In this document: one piece after another, positions 46,361 through 60,900 of the stretch | Numbering within the stretch: position 1 is the stretch's first letter | Layout: every line of letters begins with the position of its first letter | Assembly: GCA_964016885.1 (NCBI GenBank) | Contig: OZ024744.1 | Span: 30,070,001-30,134,000, forward strand | Source: Eledone cirrhosa | Taxonomy: Eukaryota | Direction: 5' to 3' | Length of the DNA stretch: 64,000 bases | Program-made: the position numbers and the translations under genes | The notes under the pieces: model-generated | What the model saw: the letters and a program-made list of their open reading frames with translations, nothing else | What the model was told of the DNA's origin: nothing | Databases searched by the model: none

Positions 46361-46436
46361 ACACCTACATCTGACTATAGATACACCTAGAACACAAAGT
46401 AATCACTGTATGTCCCTCTATGTAAATAGGACAGTC

Positions 46437-49400
46437 ACACCTACATCTGACTATAGATACACCTAGAACACAAAGTAATCACTGTGTCCCTCTATGTAAA
46501 TAGGACAGTCACACATACATCTGACTATAGATACACGTAGAATACAAAGTAATCATTCTATCTCCCTCTATGTAAATAGCACAGTCACACTTACATCTGA
46601 CCACAGATAGACCTAGAACACAAAGTAATCACTGTATGTCCCTCTATGTAAATAGAACAGTCACACCTACATCTGACTATAGATACACCTAGAACACAAA
46701 GGAATCACTGTATGTCACTCTATGTAAATAGGACAGTCACACCTACATCTGAACATATATACACCTAGAACACAAAGTAATCACTGTATGTCCCTAAGTG
46801 TAAATAGGACAGTCACACCTACATCTGACTATAGATACACATAGAACACAAAGCAATCACTGTATTTCCCTCTATGTAAAAAGGACAGTCACATCTACAT
46901 CTGACTATACATACACCTAGAACACAAAGTAATCACTGTATGTCCCTCTATGTAAATAGGACAATCACACCTACATCTGACTATAGATACACATAGAACA
47001 CAAAGCAATCACTGTATTTCCCTCTATGTAAAAAGGACAGTCACATCTACATCTGACTATAGATACACCTAGAACACAAAGTAATCACTGTATGTCCCTC
47101 TATGTAAATAGGACAGTCACATCTACATCTGACTATAGATACACCTAGAACACGAAGCAATCACTGTATGTCCCTCTAGGTAAATAGGACAGTCTCACCT
47201 ACATCTGACTATTAGATACACGTAGAACACAAAGTAATCAATGTATGTCCCTCTATGTAAATAGGACAGTCACACCTACATCTGACTATAGATACACGTA
47301 GAATACAAAGTAATCACTCTATGTCCCTGTATGTAAATAGGACAGTCACACTTACATCTGACCATAGATACACCAAGAACACAAAGTAATCATTGTATGT
47401 CCCTGTATGTAAATGGAACAGTCACACCAACATCTGACTATAGATACACCTAGAACACAAAGTAATCACTGTATGTCCCTCTATGTAAATAGGACAGTCA
47501 CACCTACATCTGACTATAGATACACCTAGAACACAAAGTAATCACTGTATGTCCCTCTATGTAAATAGGACAGTCACACCTACATCTGAATATATATACA
47601 CCTAGAACACAAAGCAATCACTGTATGTCCCTAAGTTTAAATAGGACAGTCACACCTACATCTGACTATAGATACACATAGAACACAAAGTAATCACTGT
47701 ATTTCCCTCCATGTAAATAGGACAGACACATCTACATCTGACCATAGATACACCTAGAACACGAAGTAATCCCTGTATGTCCCTCTAGGTAAATAGGACA
47801 GTCTCACCTACATCTGACTATTAGATACACCTAGAACACAAAGTAATCAATGTATGTTCCTCTATGTAAATAGGACAGTTACACCTACATCTGACCATAG
47901 ATACCCCTAGAACACAAAGTAATCATTGTATGTTCCTCTATGTAAATAGAACAGTCACACCTATATCTGACTATAGATACACCTAGAACACAAAGTAATC
48001 ACTGTATGTCACTCTATGTAAATAGGACAGTCACACCTACATCTGACTATAGATACACATAGAACACAAAGTAATCACTGTATTTCCCACTATGTAAATA
48101 GGACAGTCACATCTACATCTGACCATAGATACACCTAGAACACGAAGTAATCACTGTATGTCCCTCTATGTAAATAGGACAGTCACACCTACATCTGATC
48201 ATAGATACACCTAGAACACAAAGTAATCACTGTATGTCCCTCTATGTAAATAGTACAGTCACACCTACATCTGACTATAGATACACCTAGAGCACAAAGT
48301 AATCACTGTATGTCCCTCTATGTAAATAGTACAGTCACACCTACATCTGACTATAGATACACCTAGAACACAAAGTAATCACTGTATGTCCCTCTATGTA
48401 AATAGGACAGCCACACCTACATCTGACTATAGATACACCTAGAACACAAAGTAATCACTGTGTGTCCCTCTATGTAAATAGGACAGTCACACATACATCT
48501 GACTATAGATACACGTAGAATACAAAGTAATCACTCTATCTCCCTCTATGTAAATAGGACAGTCACACCTACATCTGACCATAGATAGACCTAGAACACA
48601 AAGTAATCACTGTATGTCCCTCTATGTAAATAGAACAGTCACACCTACATCTGACTATAGATACACCTAGAACACAAAGTAATCACTGTATGTCACTCTA
48701 TGTAAATAGGACAGTCACACCTACATCTGAACATATATACACATAGATCACAAAGCAATCACTGTATGTCCCTCTATGTAAATAGGACAGTCACACCTAC
48801 ATCTGACTATAGATACACCTAGAACACGAAGTAATCACTGTATGTCCCTCTAGGTAAATAGGACAGTCTCACCTACATCTGACTATTAGATACACGTAGA
48901 ACACAAAGTAATCAATGTATGTCCCTCTATGTAAATAGGACAGTCACACCTACATCTGACTATAGATACACCTAGAACACAAAGTAATCAGTCTATCTCC
49001 CTCTATGTAAATAGGACAGTCACACCTACATCTGACCATAGATAGACCTAGAACACAAAGTAATCACTGTATGTCCCTCTATGTAAATAGAACAGTCACA
49101 CCTACATCTGACTATAGATACACCTAGAACACAAAGTAATCACTGTATGTCACTCTATGTAAATAGGACAGTCACACCTACATCTGACTATAGATACACG
49201 TAGAATACAAAGTAATCACTCTATGTCCCTGTATGTAAATAGGACAGTCACACTTACATCTGACCATAGATACACCAAGAACACAAAGTAATCACTGTAT
49301 GTCCCTGTATGTAAATGGAACAGTCACACCTACATCTGACTATAGATACACCTAGAACACAAAGTAATCACTGTATGTCCCTCTATGTAAATAGGACAGT

Positions 49401-51913
49401 CACACCTACATCTGACTATAGATACACCTAGAACACAAAATAATCACTGTATGTCCCTAAGTTTCAATAGGACAGTCACACCTACATCTGACTATATATA
49501 CACATAGAACACAAAGTAATCACTGTATTTCCCTCCATGTAAATAGGACAGTCACATCTACATCTGACCATAGATACACCTAGAACACGAAGTAATCACT
49601 GTATGTCCCTCTAGGTAAATAGGACAGTCTCACCTACATCTGACTATTAGATACACCTAGAACACAAAGTAATCAATGTATATCCCTCTATGTAAATAGG
49701 ACAGTCACACCTACATCTGACTATAGATACACCTAGAACACAAAGTAATCACTGTATGTTCCTCTATGTAAATAGGACAGTTACACCTACATCTGACCAT
49801 AGATACCCCTAGAACACAAAGTAATCATTGTATGTTCCTCTATGTAAATAGAACAGTCACACCTACATCTGACTATAGATACACCTAGAACACAAAGTAA
49901 TCACTGTATGTCCCTCTATGTAAATAGTACAGTCACACCTACATCTGACTATAGATACACCTAGAGCACAAAGTAATCACTGTATGTCCCTCTATGTAAA
50001 TAGTACAGTCACACCTACATCTGACAATAGATACACCTAGAACACAAAGTAATCACTGTATGTCCCTCTATGTAAATAGGACAGCCACACCTACATCTGA
50101 CTATAGATACACCTAGAACACAAAGTAATCACTGTGTGTCCCTTAATGTAAATAGGACAGTCACACATACATCTGACTATAGATACACGTAGAATACAAA
50201 GTAATCACTCTATCTCCCTCTATGTAAATAGGACAGTCACACCTACATCTGACCATAGATAGACCTAGAACACAAAGTAATCACTGTATGTCCCTCTATG
50301 TAAATAGAACAGTCACACCTACATCTGACTATAGATACACCTAGAACACAAAGTAATCACTGTATGTCACTCTATGTAAATAGGACAGTCACACCTACAT
50401 CTGAACATATATACAAATAGAACACAAAGCAATCACTGTATTTCCCTCTATGTAAATAGGACAGTCACATCTACATCTGACTATAGATACACCTAGAACA
50501 CAAAGTAATCACTGTATGTCCCTCTATGTAAATAGGACAGTCACACCTACATCTGACTATAGATACACCTAGAACACGAAGTAATCACTGTATGTCCCTC
50601 TAGGTAAATAGGACAGTCTCACCTACATCTGACTATTAGATACACGTAGAACACAAAGTAATCAATGCATGTCCCTCTATGTAAATAGGACAGTCACACC
50701 TACATCTGACTATAGATACACCTAGAACACAAAGTAATCACTGTATGTTCCTCTATGTAAATAGGAAAGTCACACCTACATCTGACTATAGATACACCTT
50801 GAACACAAAGTAATCAATGTATGTTCCTCTATGTAAATAGGACAGTCACACCTACATCTGACTATAGATACACGTAGAATACAAAGTAATCACTCTATGT
50901 CCCTGTATGTAAATAGGACAGTCACACTTACATCTGACCATAGATACACCAAGAACACAAAGTAATCACTGTATGTCCCTGTATGTAAATGGAACAGTCA
51001 CACCAACATCTGACTATAGATACACCTAGAACACAAAGTAATCACTGTATGTCCCTCTATGTAAATAGGACAGTCACACCTACATCTGACTATAGATACA
51101 CCTAGAACACAAAGTAATCACTGTATGTCCCTCTATGTAAATAGGACAGTCACACCTACATCTGAATATATATACACCTAGAACACAAAATAATCACTGT
51201 ATGTCCCTAAGTTTCAATAGGACAGTCACACCTACATCTGACTATAGATACACATAGAACACAAAGTTATCACTGTATTTCCCTCCATGTAAATAGGACA
51301 GTCACATCTACATCTGATCATAGATACACCTAGAACACGAAGTAATCACTGTATGTCCCTCTAGGTAAATAGGACAGTCTCACCTACATCTGACTATTAG
51401 ATACACCTAGAACACAAAGTAATCAATGTATATCCCTCTATGTAAATAGGACAGTCACACCTACATCTGACTATAGATACACCTAGAGCACAAAGTAATC
51501 ACTGTATGTCCCTCTATGTAAATAGGACAGTCACACCTACATCTGACTATAGATACACCTAGAACACAAAGTAATCACTGTATGTCCCTCTATGTAAATA
51601 GGACAGTCACACCTACATCTGACTATAGATACACCTAGAACACAAAGTAATCACCGTGTGTCCCTCTATGTAAATATTACAGTCACACCTACATCTGACT
51701 ATAGATACACCTAGAACACAAAGTAATCACTGTATTTCCCTCCATGTAAATAGGACAGTCACATCTACATCTGACCATAGATACACCTAGAACACGAAGT
51801 AATCACTGTATGTCCCTCTAGGTAAATAGGACAGTCTCACCTACATCTGACTATTAGATACACCTAGAACACAAAGTAATCACTATATGTCCCTCTATGT
51901 AAATAGGACAGTC
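46437..51913. repeat. Satellite domain B (more divergent, about 72 monomers, includes 77-bp monomers)
   Basis: Starts with a 74-bp monomer (2-bp deletion actgt--gtccc at about 46485). Variants include cacgaag/taggta/gtctcacc/gactattag (+1 T), cacgtagaatac, tatttccc, acatctac, caccaagaac, aatggaac and aaagcaatc. Monomers carry visibly more substitutions than in domain A. Confidence 0.85.
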
Positions 51914-54900
51914 ACACCTATATCTGACCATGGATACACCTAGCACACAAAGTAATCACTGTATCTCCCTCTATGTAAATAGTACAGTCACACCTACATC
52001 TGACTATAGATACACCTAGAACACAAAGTAATCACTGTATGTCCCTCTATGTAAATAGTACAGTCACACCTACATCTGACTATAGATACACCTAGAACAC
52101 AAAGTAATCACTGTATGTCCCTCTATGTAAATAGGACAGTCACACCTACATCTGACTATAGATACACCTAGAACACAAAGTAATCACTGTGTGTCCCTCT
52201 ATGTAAATAGGACAGTCACACCTACATCTGACCATAGATACACCTAGAACACAAAGTAATCACTGTATGTCCCTATATGTAAATAGGACAGTTACACCCA
52301 CATCTGACCATATATACACCTAGAACATAAAGTACTCACTGTATGTCCCTCTATGTAAATATGACAGTCACACCTACATCTGACCATAGATACACATAGA
52401 ACACAAAGTAATCAATGTATGTCCCTCTATGTAAATAGGAGAGTCACACCTACATCTGACTATAGATACACCTAGAACACAAAGTAATCACTGTATGTCC
52501 CTCTTTGTAAATAGTACAGTCACACCTACATCTGACCATAGATACACCTAGAACACAAAGTAATCACTGTATGTCCCTAAGTGTAAATAGGACAGTCACA
52601 CCTACATCTGACCATAGATACACCTAGAACACAAAGTAATCACTGTATGTCCCTCTATGTAAATAGGACAGTCACACCTATATCTGACCATGGATACACC
52701 TAGAACACAAAGTAATCACTGTATCTCCCTCTATGTAACTAGTACAGTCACACCTACATCTGACTATAGATACACCTAGAACACAAACTAATCACTGTAT
52801 GTCCCTCTATGTAAATAGTACAGTCACACCTACATCTGACTATAGATACACCTAGAACACAAAGTAATCACTGTATGTCCCTCTATGTAAATAGTACAGT
52901 CACACCTTCATCTGACTATAGATACACCTAGAACACAAAGTAATCACTGTACGTCCCTCTGTGTAAATAGGACAGTCACACCTACATCTGACCATAGATA
53001 CACCTAGAACACAAAGTAATCAATGTATGTCCCTCTATGTAAATAGGACAGTCACACCTACATCTGACTATAGATACACGTAGAACACAAAGTAATCAAT
53101 GTATGTCCCTCTATGTAAATAGGACAGTCACACCTACATCTGACTATAGATACACCTAGAACACAATGTAATCACTGTGTGTCCCTCTATGTAAATAGCA
53201 CAGTCACACCTACATCTGACCATAGATACACCTAGAACACAAAGTACTCACTGTATGTCCCTCTATGTAAATATAACAGTCACACCTACATCTGACCATA
53301 GATACACATAGAACACAAAGTACTCAATGTATGTCCCTCTATGTAAATAGGACAGTCACACCTACATCTGACCATAGATACACCTAGAACACAAAGTAAT
53401 CATTGTATGTCCCTAAGTGTAAATAGGACAGTCACACCTACATCTGACCATAGATACACCTAGAACACAAAGTAATCAGTGTATGTCCCTCTATGTAAAT
53501 AGTACAGTCACACCTACATCTGACTATAGATACACCTAGAACACAAAGTAATCACTGTATGTCCCTCTATGTAAATAGTACAGTCACACCTACATCTGAC
53601 TATAGATACACCTAGAACACAAAGTAATCACTGTTTGTCTCTCTATGTAAATAGTACAGTCACACCTACATCTGACTATAGATACACCTAGAACACAAAG
53701 TAATCACTGTACGTCCCTGTATGTAAATAGGACAGTCACACCTACATCTGACCATAGATACACCTAGAACAGAAAGTAATCAATGTATGTCCCTCTATGT
53801 AAATAGTACAATCACACCTACATCTGACTATAGATACACCTAGAGCACAAAGTAATCACTGTATGTCCCTCTATGTAAATAGTACAGTCACAACTACATC
53901 TGACTATAGATACACCTAGAACACAAAGTAATCACTGTATGTCCCTATATGTAAATAGGACAGTTACACCCACATCTGACCATATATACACCTAGAACAT
54001 AAAGTACTCACTGTATGTCCCTCTATGTAAATATGACAGTCACACCTACATCTGACCATAGATACACATAGAACACAAAGTAATCAATGTATGTCCCTCT
54101 ATGTAAATAGGACAGTCACACCTACATCTGACCATAGATACACCTAGAACACAAAGTAATCACTGTATGTCCCTAAGTGTAAATAGGACAGTCACACCTA
54201 CATCTGACCATAGATACACCTAGAACACAAAGTAATCACTGTATGTCCCTCTATGTAAATAGGACAGTCACACCTATATCTGACCATGGATACACCTAGA
54301 ACACAAAGTAATCACTGTATCTCCCTCTATGTAAATAGTACAGTCACACCTACATCTGACTATAGATACACCTAGAACACAAAGTAATCACTGTATGTCC
54401 CTCTATGTAAATAGTACAGTCACACCTACATCTGACTATAGATACACCTAGAACACAAAGTAATCACTGTATGTCCCTCTATGTAAATAGTACAGTCACA
54501 CCTTCATCTGACTATAGATACACCTAGAACACAAAGTAATCACTGTACGTCCCTCTATGTAAATAGGACAGTCACACCTACATCTGACCATAGATACACC
54601 TAGAACACAAAGTAATCAATGTATGTCCCTCTATGTAAATAGGACAGTCACACCTACATCTGACTATAGATACACATAGAACACAAAGTAATCAATGTAT
54701 GTCCCTCTATGTAAATAGGACAGTTACACCCACATCTGACTATAGATACACCTAGAACACAAAGTAATCACTGTACGTCCCTCTGTGTAAATAGGACAGT
54801 CACACCTACATCTGACCATAGATACACCTAGAACACAAAGTAATCACTGTATGTCCCTAAGTGTAAATAGGACAGTCACACCTACATCTGACCATAGATA

Positions 54901-57900
54901 CACCTAGAACACAAAGTAATCACTGTATGTCCCTCTATGTAAATAGGACAGTCACACCTATATCTGACCATGGATACACCTAGAACACAAAGTAATCACT
55001 GTATCTCCCTCTATGTAACTAGTACAGTCACACCTACATCTGACTATAGATACACCTAGAACACAAACTAATCACTGTATGTCCCTCTATGTAAATAGTA
55101 CAGTCACACCTACATCTGACTATAGATACACCTAGAACACAAAGTAATCACTGTATGTCCCTCTATGTAAATAGTACAGTCACACCTTCATCTGACTATA
55201 GATACACCTAGAACACAAAGTAATCACTGTACGTCCCTCTGTGTAAATAGGACAGTCACACCTACATCTGACCATAGATACACCTAGAACACAAAGTAAT
55301 CAATGTATGTCCCTCTATGTAAATAGGACAGTCACACCTACATCTGACTATAGATACACGTAGAACACAAAGTAATCAATGTATGTCCCTCTATGTAAAT
55401 AGGACAGTCACACCTACATCTGACTATAGATACACCTAGAACACAATGTAATCACTGTGTGTCCCTCTATGTAAATAGCACAGTCACACCTACATCTGAC
55501 CATAGATACACCTAGAACACAAAGTACTCACTGTATGTCCCTCTATGTAAATATAACAGTCACACCTACATCTGACCATAGATACACATAGAACACAAAG
55601 TACTCAATGTATGTCCCTCTATGTAAATAGGACAGTCACACCTACATCTGACCATAGATACACCTAGAACACAAAGTAATCACTGTATGTCCCTAAGTGT
55701 AAATAGGACAGTCACACCTACATCTGACCATAGATACACCTAGAACACAAAGTAATCAGTGTATGTCCCTCTATGTAAATAGTACAGTCACACCTACATC
55801 TGACTATAGATACACCTAGAACACAAAGTAATCACTGTATGTCCCTCTATGTAAATAGTACAGTCACACCTACATCTGACTATAGATACACCTAGAACAC
55901 AAAGTAATCACTGTTTGTCTCTCTATGTAAATAGTACAGTCACACCTACATCTGACTATAGATACACCTAGAACACAAAGTAATCACTGTACGTCCCTGT
56001 ATGTAAATAGGACAGTCACACCTACATCTGACCATAGATACACCTAGAACAGAAAGTAATCAATGTATGTCCCTCTATGTAAATAGTACAATCACACCTA
56101 CATCTGACTATAGATACACCTAGAGCACAAAGTAATCACTGTATGTCCCTCTATGTAAATAGTACAGTCACAACTACATCTGACTATAGATACACCTAGA
56201 ACACAAAGTAATCACTGTATGTCCCTATATGTAAATAGGACAGTTACACCCACATCTGACCATATATACACCTAGAACATAAAGTACTCACTGTATGTCC
56301 CTCTATGTAAATATGACAGTCACACCTACATCTGACCATAGATACACATAGAACACAAAGTAATCAATGTATGTCCCTCTATGTAAATAGGACAGTCACA
56401 CCTACATCTGACCATAGATACACCTAGAACACAAAGTAATCACTGTATGTCCCTAAGTGTAAATAGGACAGTCACACCTACATCTGACCATAGATACACC
56501 TAGAACACAAAGTAATCACTGTATGTCCCTCTATGTAAATAGGACAGTCACACCTATATCTGACCATGGATACACCTAGAACACAAAGTAATCACTGTAT
56601 CTCCCTCTATGTAAATAGTACAGTCACACCTACATCTGACTATAGATACACCTAGAACACAAAGTAATCACTGTATGTCCCTCTATGTAAATAGTACAGT
56701 CACACCTACATCTGACTATAGATACACCTAGAACACAAAGTAATCACTGTATGTCCCTCTATGTAAATAGTACAGTCACACCTTCATCTGACTATAGATA
56801 CACCTAGAACACAAAGTAATCACTGTACGTCCCTCTATGTAAATAGGACAGTCACACCTACATCTGACCATAGATACACCTAGAACACAAAGTAATCAAT
56901 GTATGTCCCTCTATGTAAATAGGACAGTCACACCTACATCTGACTATAGATACACATAGAACACAAAGTAATCAATGTATGTCCCTCTATGTAAATAGGA
57001 CAGTCACACCTACATCTGACTATAGATACACCTAGAACACAAAGTAATCACTGTGTGTCCCTCTATGTAAATAGGACAGTCACACCTACATCTGACCATA
57101 GATACACCTAGAACACAAAGTAATCACTGTATGTCCCTCTAGGTAAATAGGACAGTCACACCTACATCTAACTATAGATACACCTAGAACACAAAGTAAT
57201 CACTGTGTGTCCCTCTATGTAAATAGGACAGTCACATCTACATCTGACCATAGATACACCTAGAACACGAAGTAATCACTGTATGTCCCTCTAGGTAAAT
57301 AGGACAGTCTCACCTACATCTGACTATTAGATACACCTAGAACACAAAGTAATCACTATATGTCCCTCTATGTAAATAGGACAGTCACACCTCTATCTGA
57401 CCATGGATACACCTAGCACACAAAGTAATCACTGTATCTCGCTCTATGTAAATAGTACAGTCACACCTACATCTGACTATAGATACACCTAGAACACAAA
57501 GTAATTACTGTATGTCCCTCTATGTAAATAGTACAGTCACACCTACATCTGACTATAGATACACCTAGAACACAAAGTAATCACTGTATGTCCCTCTATG
57601 TAAATAGGACAGTCACACCTACATCTGACTATAGATACACCTAGAACACAAAGTAATCACTGTGTGTCCCTCTATGTAAATAGGACAGTCACACCTACAT
57701 CTGACCATAGATACACCTAGAACACAAAGTAATCACTGTATGTCCCTCTATGTAAATAGGACAGTCACACCTATATCTGACCATGGATACACCTAGAACA
57801 CAAAGTAATCACTGTATGTCCCTATATGTAAATAGGACAGTTACACCAACATCTGACCATATATACACCTAGAACATAAAGTACTCACTGTATGTCCCTC

Positions 57901-60900
57901 TATGTAAATATGACAGTCACACCTACATCTGACTATAGATACACCTAGAACACAAAGTAATCATTGTATGTCCCTCTATGTAAATAGTACAGTCACACCT
58001 TCATCTGACTATAGATACACCTAGAACACAAAGTAATCACTGTACGTCCCTCTGTGTAAATAGGACAGTCACACCTACATCTGACCATAGATACACCTAG
58101 AACACAAAGTAATCACTGTATGTCCCTAAGTGTAAATAGGACAGTCACACCTACATCTGACCATAGATACACCTAGAACACAAAGTAATCACTGTATGTC
58201 CCTCTATGTAAATAGGACAGTCACACCTATATCTGACCATGGATACACCTAGAACACAAAGTAATCACTGTATCTCCCTCTATGTAACTAGTACAGTCAC
58301 ACCTACATCTGACTATAGATACACCTAGAACACAAACTAATCACTGTATGTCCCTCTATGTAAATAGTACAGTCACACCTACATCTGACTATAGATACAC
58401 CTAGAACACAAAGTAATCATTGTATGTCCCTCTATGTAAATAGTACAGTCACACCTTCATCTGACTATAGATACACCTAGAACACAAAGTAATCACTGTA
58501 CGTCCCTCTGTGTAAATAGGACAGTCACACCTACATCTGACCATAGATACACCTAGAACACAAAGTAATCAATGTATGTCCCTCTATGTAAATAGGACAG
58601 TCACACCTACATCTGACTATAGATACACATAGAACACAAAGTAATCAATGTATGTCCCTCTATGTAAATAGGACAGTCACACCTACATCTGACTATAGAT
58701 ACACCTAGAACACAATGTAATCACTGTGTGTCCCTCTATGTAAATAGGACAGTCACACCTACATCTGACCATAGATACACCTAGAACACAAAGTACTCAC
58801 TGTATGTCCCTCTATGTAAATATAACAGTCACACCTACATCTGACCATAGATACACATAGAACACAAAGTACTCAATGTATGTCCCTCTATGTAAATAGG
58901 ACAGTCACACCTACATCTGACCATAGATACACCTAGAACACAAAGTAATCACTGTATGTCCCTCTATGTAAATAGTACAGTCACACCTACATCTGACTAT
59001 AGATACACCTAGAACACAAAGTAATCACTGTATGTCCCTCTATGTAAATAGTACAGTCACACCTACATCTGACTATAGATACACCTAGAACACAAAGTAA
59101 TCACTGTATGTCCCTCTATGTAAATAGTACAGTCACACCTACATCTGACTATAGATACACCTAGAACACAAAGTAATCACTGTACGTCCCTGTATGTAAA
59201 TAGGACAGTCACACCTACATCTGACCATAGATACACCTAGAACAGAAAGTAATCAATGTATGTCCCTCTATGTAAATAGTACAATCACACCTACATCTGA
59301 CTATAGATACACCTAGAGCACAAAGTAATCACTGTATGTCCCTCTATGTAAATAGTACAGTCACAACTACATCTGACTATAGATACACCTAGAACACAAA
59401 GTAATCACTGTATGTCCCTATATGTAAATAGGACAGTTACACCCACATCTGACCATATATACACCTAGAACATAAAGTACTCACTGTATGTCCCTCTATG
59501 TAAATATGACAGTCACACCTACATCTGACCATAGATACACATAGAACACAAAGTAATCAATCTATGTCCCTCTATGTAAATAGGACAGTCACACCTACAT
59601 CTGACCATAGATACACCTAGAACACAAAGTAATCACTGTATGTCCCTAAGTGTAAATAGGACAGTCACACCTACATCTGACCATAGATACACCTAGAACA
59701 CAAAGTAATCACTGTATGTCCCTCTATGTAAATAGGACAGTCACACCTATATCTGACCATGGATACACCTAGAACACAAAGTAATCACTGTATCTCCCTC
59801 TATGTAAATAGTACAGTCACACCTACATCTGACTATAGATACACCTAGAACACAAAGTAATCACTGTATGTCCCTCTATGTAAATAGTACAGTCACACCT
59901 ACATCTGATTATAGATACACCTAGAACACAAAGTAATCACTGTATGTCCCTCTATGTAAATAGTACAGTCACACCTTCATCTGACTATAGATACACCTAG
60001 AACACAAAGTAATCACTGTACGTCCCTCTATGTAAATAGGACAGTCACACCTACATCTGACTATAGATACTCCTAGAACACAAAGTAATCACTGTATGTC
60101 CCTCTATGTAAATAGGACAGTCACACCTACATCTGACTATAGATACACCTAGAACACAAAGTAATCACTGTGTGTCCCTCTATGTAAATAGGACAGTCAC
60201 ACCTACATCTGACCATAGATACACCTAGAACACAAAGTAATCACTGTATGTCCCTATATGTAAATAGGACAGTTACACCCACATCTGACCATATATACAC
60301 CTAGAACATAAAGTACTCACTGTATGTCCCTCTATGTAAATATGACAGTCACACCTACATCTGACCATAGATACACCTAGAACACAAAGTAATCACTGTA
60401 TGTCCCTAAGTGTAAATAGGACAGTCACACCTACATCTGACCATAGATACACCTAGAACACAAAGTAATCACTGTATGTCCCTCTATGTAAATAGGACAG
60501 TCACACCTATATCTGACCATGGATACACCTAGAACACAAAGTAATCACTGTATCTCCCTCTATGTAAATAGTACAGTCACACCTATATCTGACCATGGAT
60601 ACACCTAGCACACAAAGTAATCACTGTATCTCCCTCTATGTAAATAGTACAGTCACACCTACATCTGACTATAGATACACCTAGAACACAAAGTAATCAC
60701 TGTATGTCCCTCTATGTAAATAGTACAGTCACACCTACATCTGACTATAGATACACCTAGAACACAAAGTAATCACTGTATGTCCCTCTATGTAAATAGG
60801 ACAGTCACACCTACATCTGACTATAGATACACCTAGAACACAAAGTAATCACTGTGTGTCCCTCTATGTAAATAGGACAGTCACACCTACATCTGACCAT

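Larger units (their letters stand above)
1..46436. repeat. Satellite domain A (homogeneous, about 611 monomers)
   Basis: Diagnostic variants are the linked tcatttta+ctacgta monomer, gacaat+tatgaaaa, ctacctct+cctcgaac, the aataag/ctagatct/acatataac/tcgctg block, and gatccacc+cacggt. The last tcatttta/tacgta monomer is at about 45721. There are only two indels (35531, about 41365). Confidence 0.9.

Noticed and set aside
153-57000. A special preference for 30-monomer (2280 bp) periods in both A and C
   Set aside because: Multiples of 15 monomers align with the 60-column layout and are simply easier to see. Periods of 14, 16, 21, 31, 33, 36 and 40 also occur.
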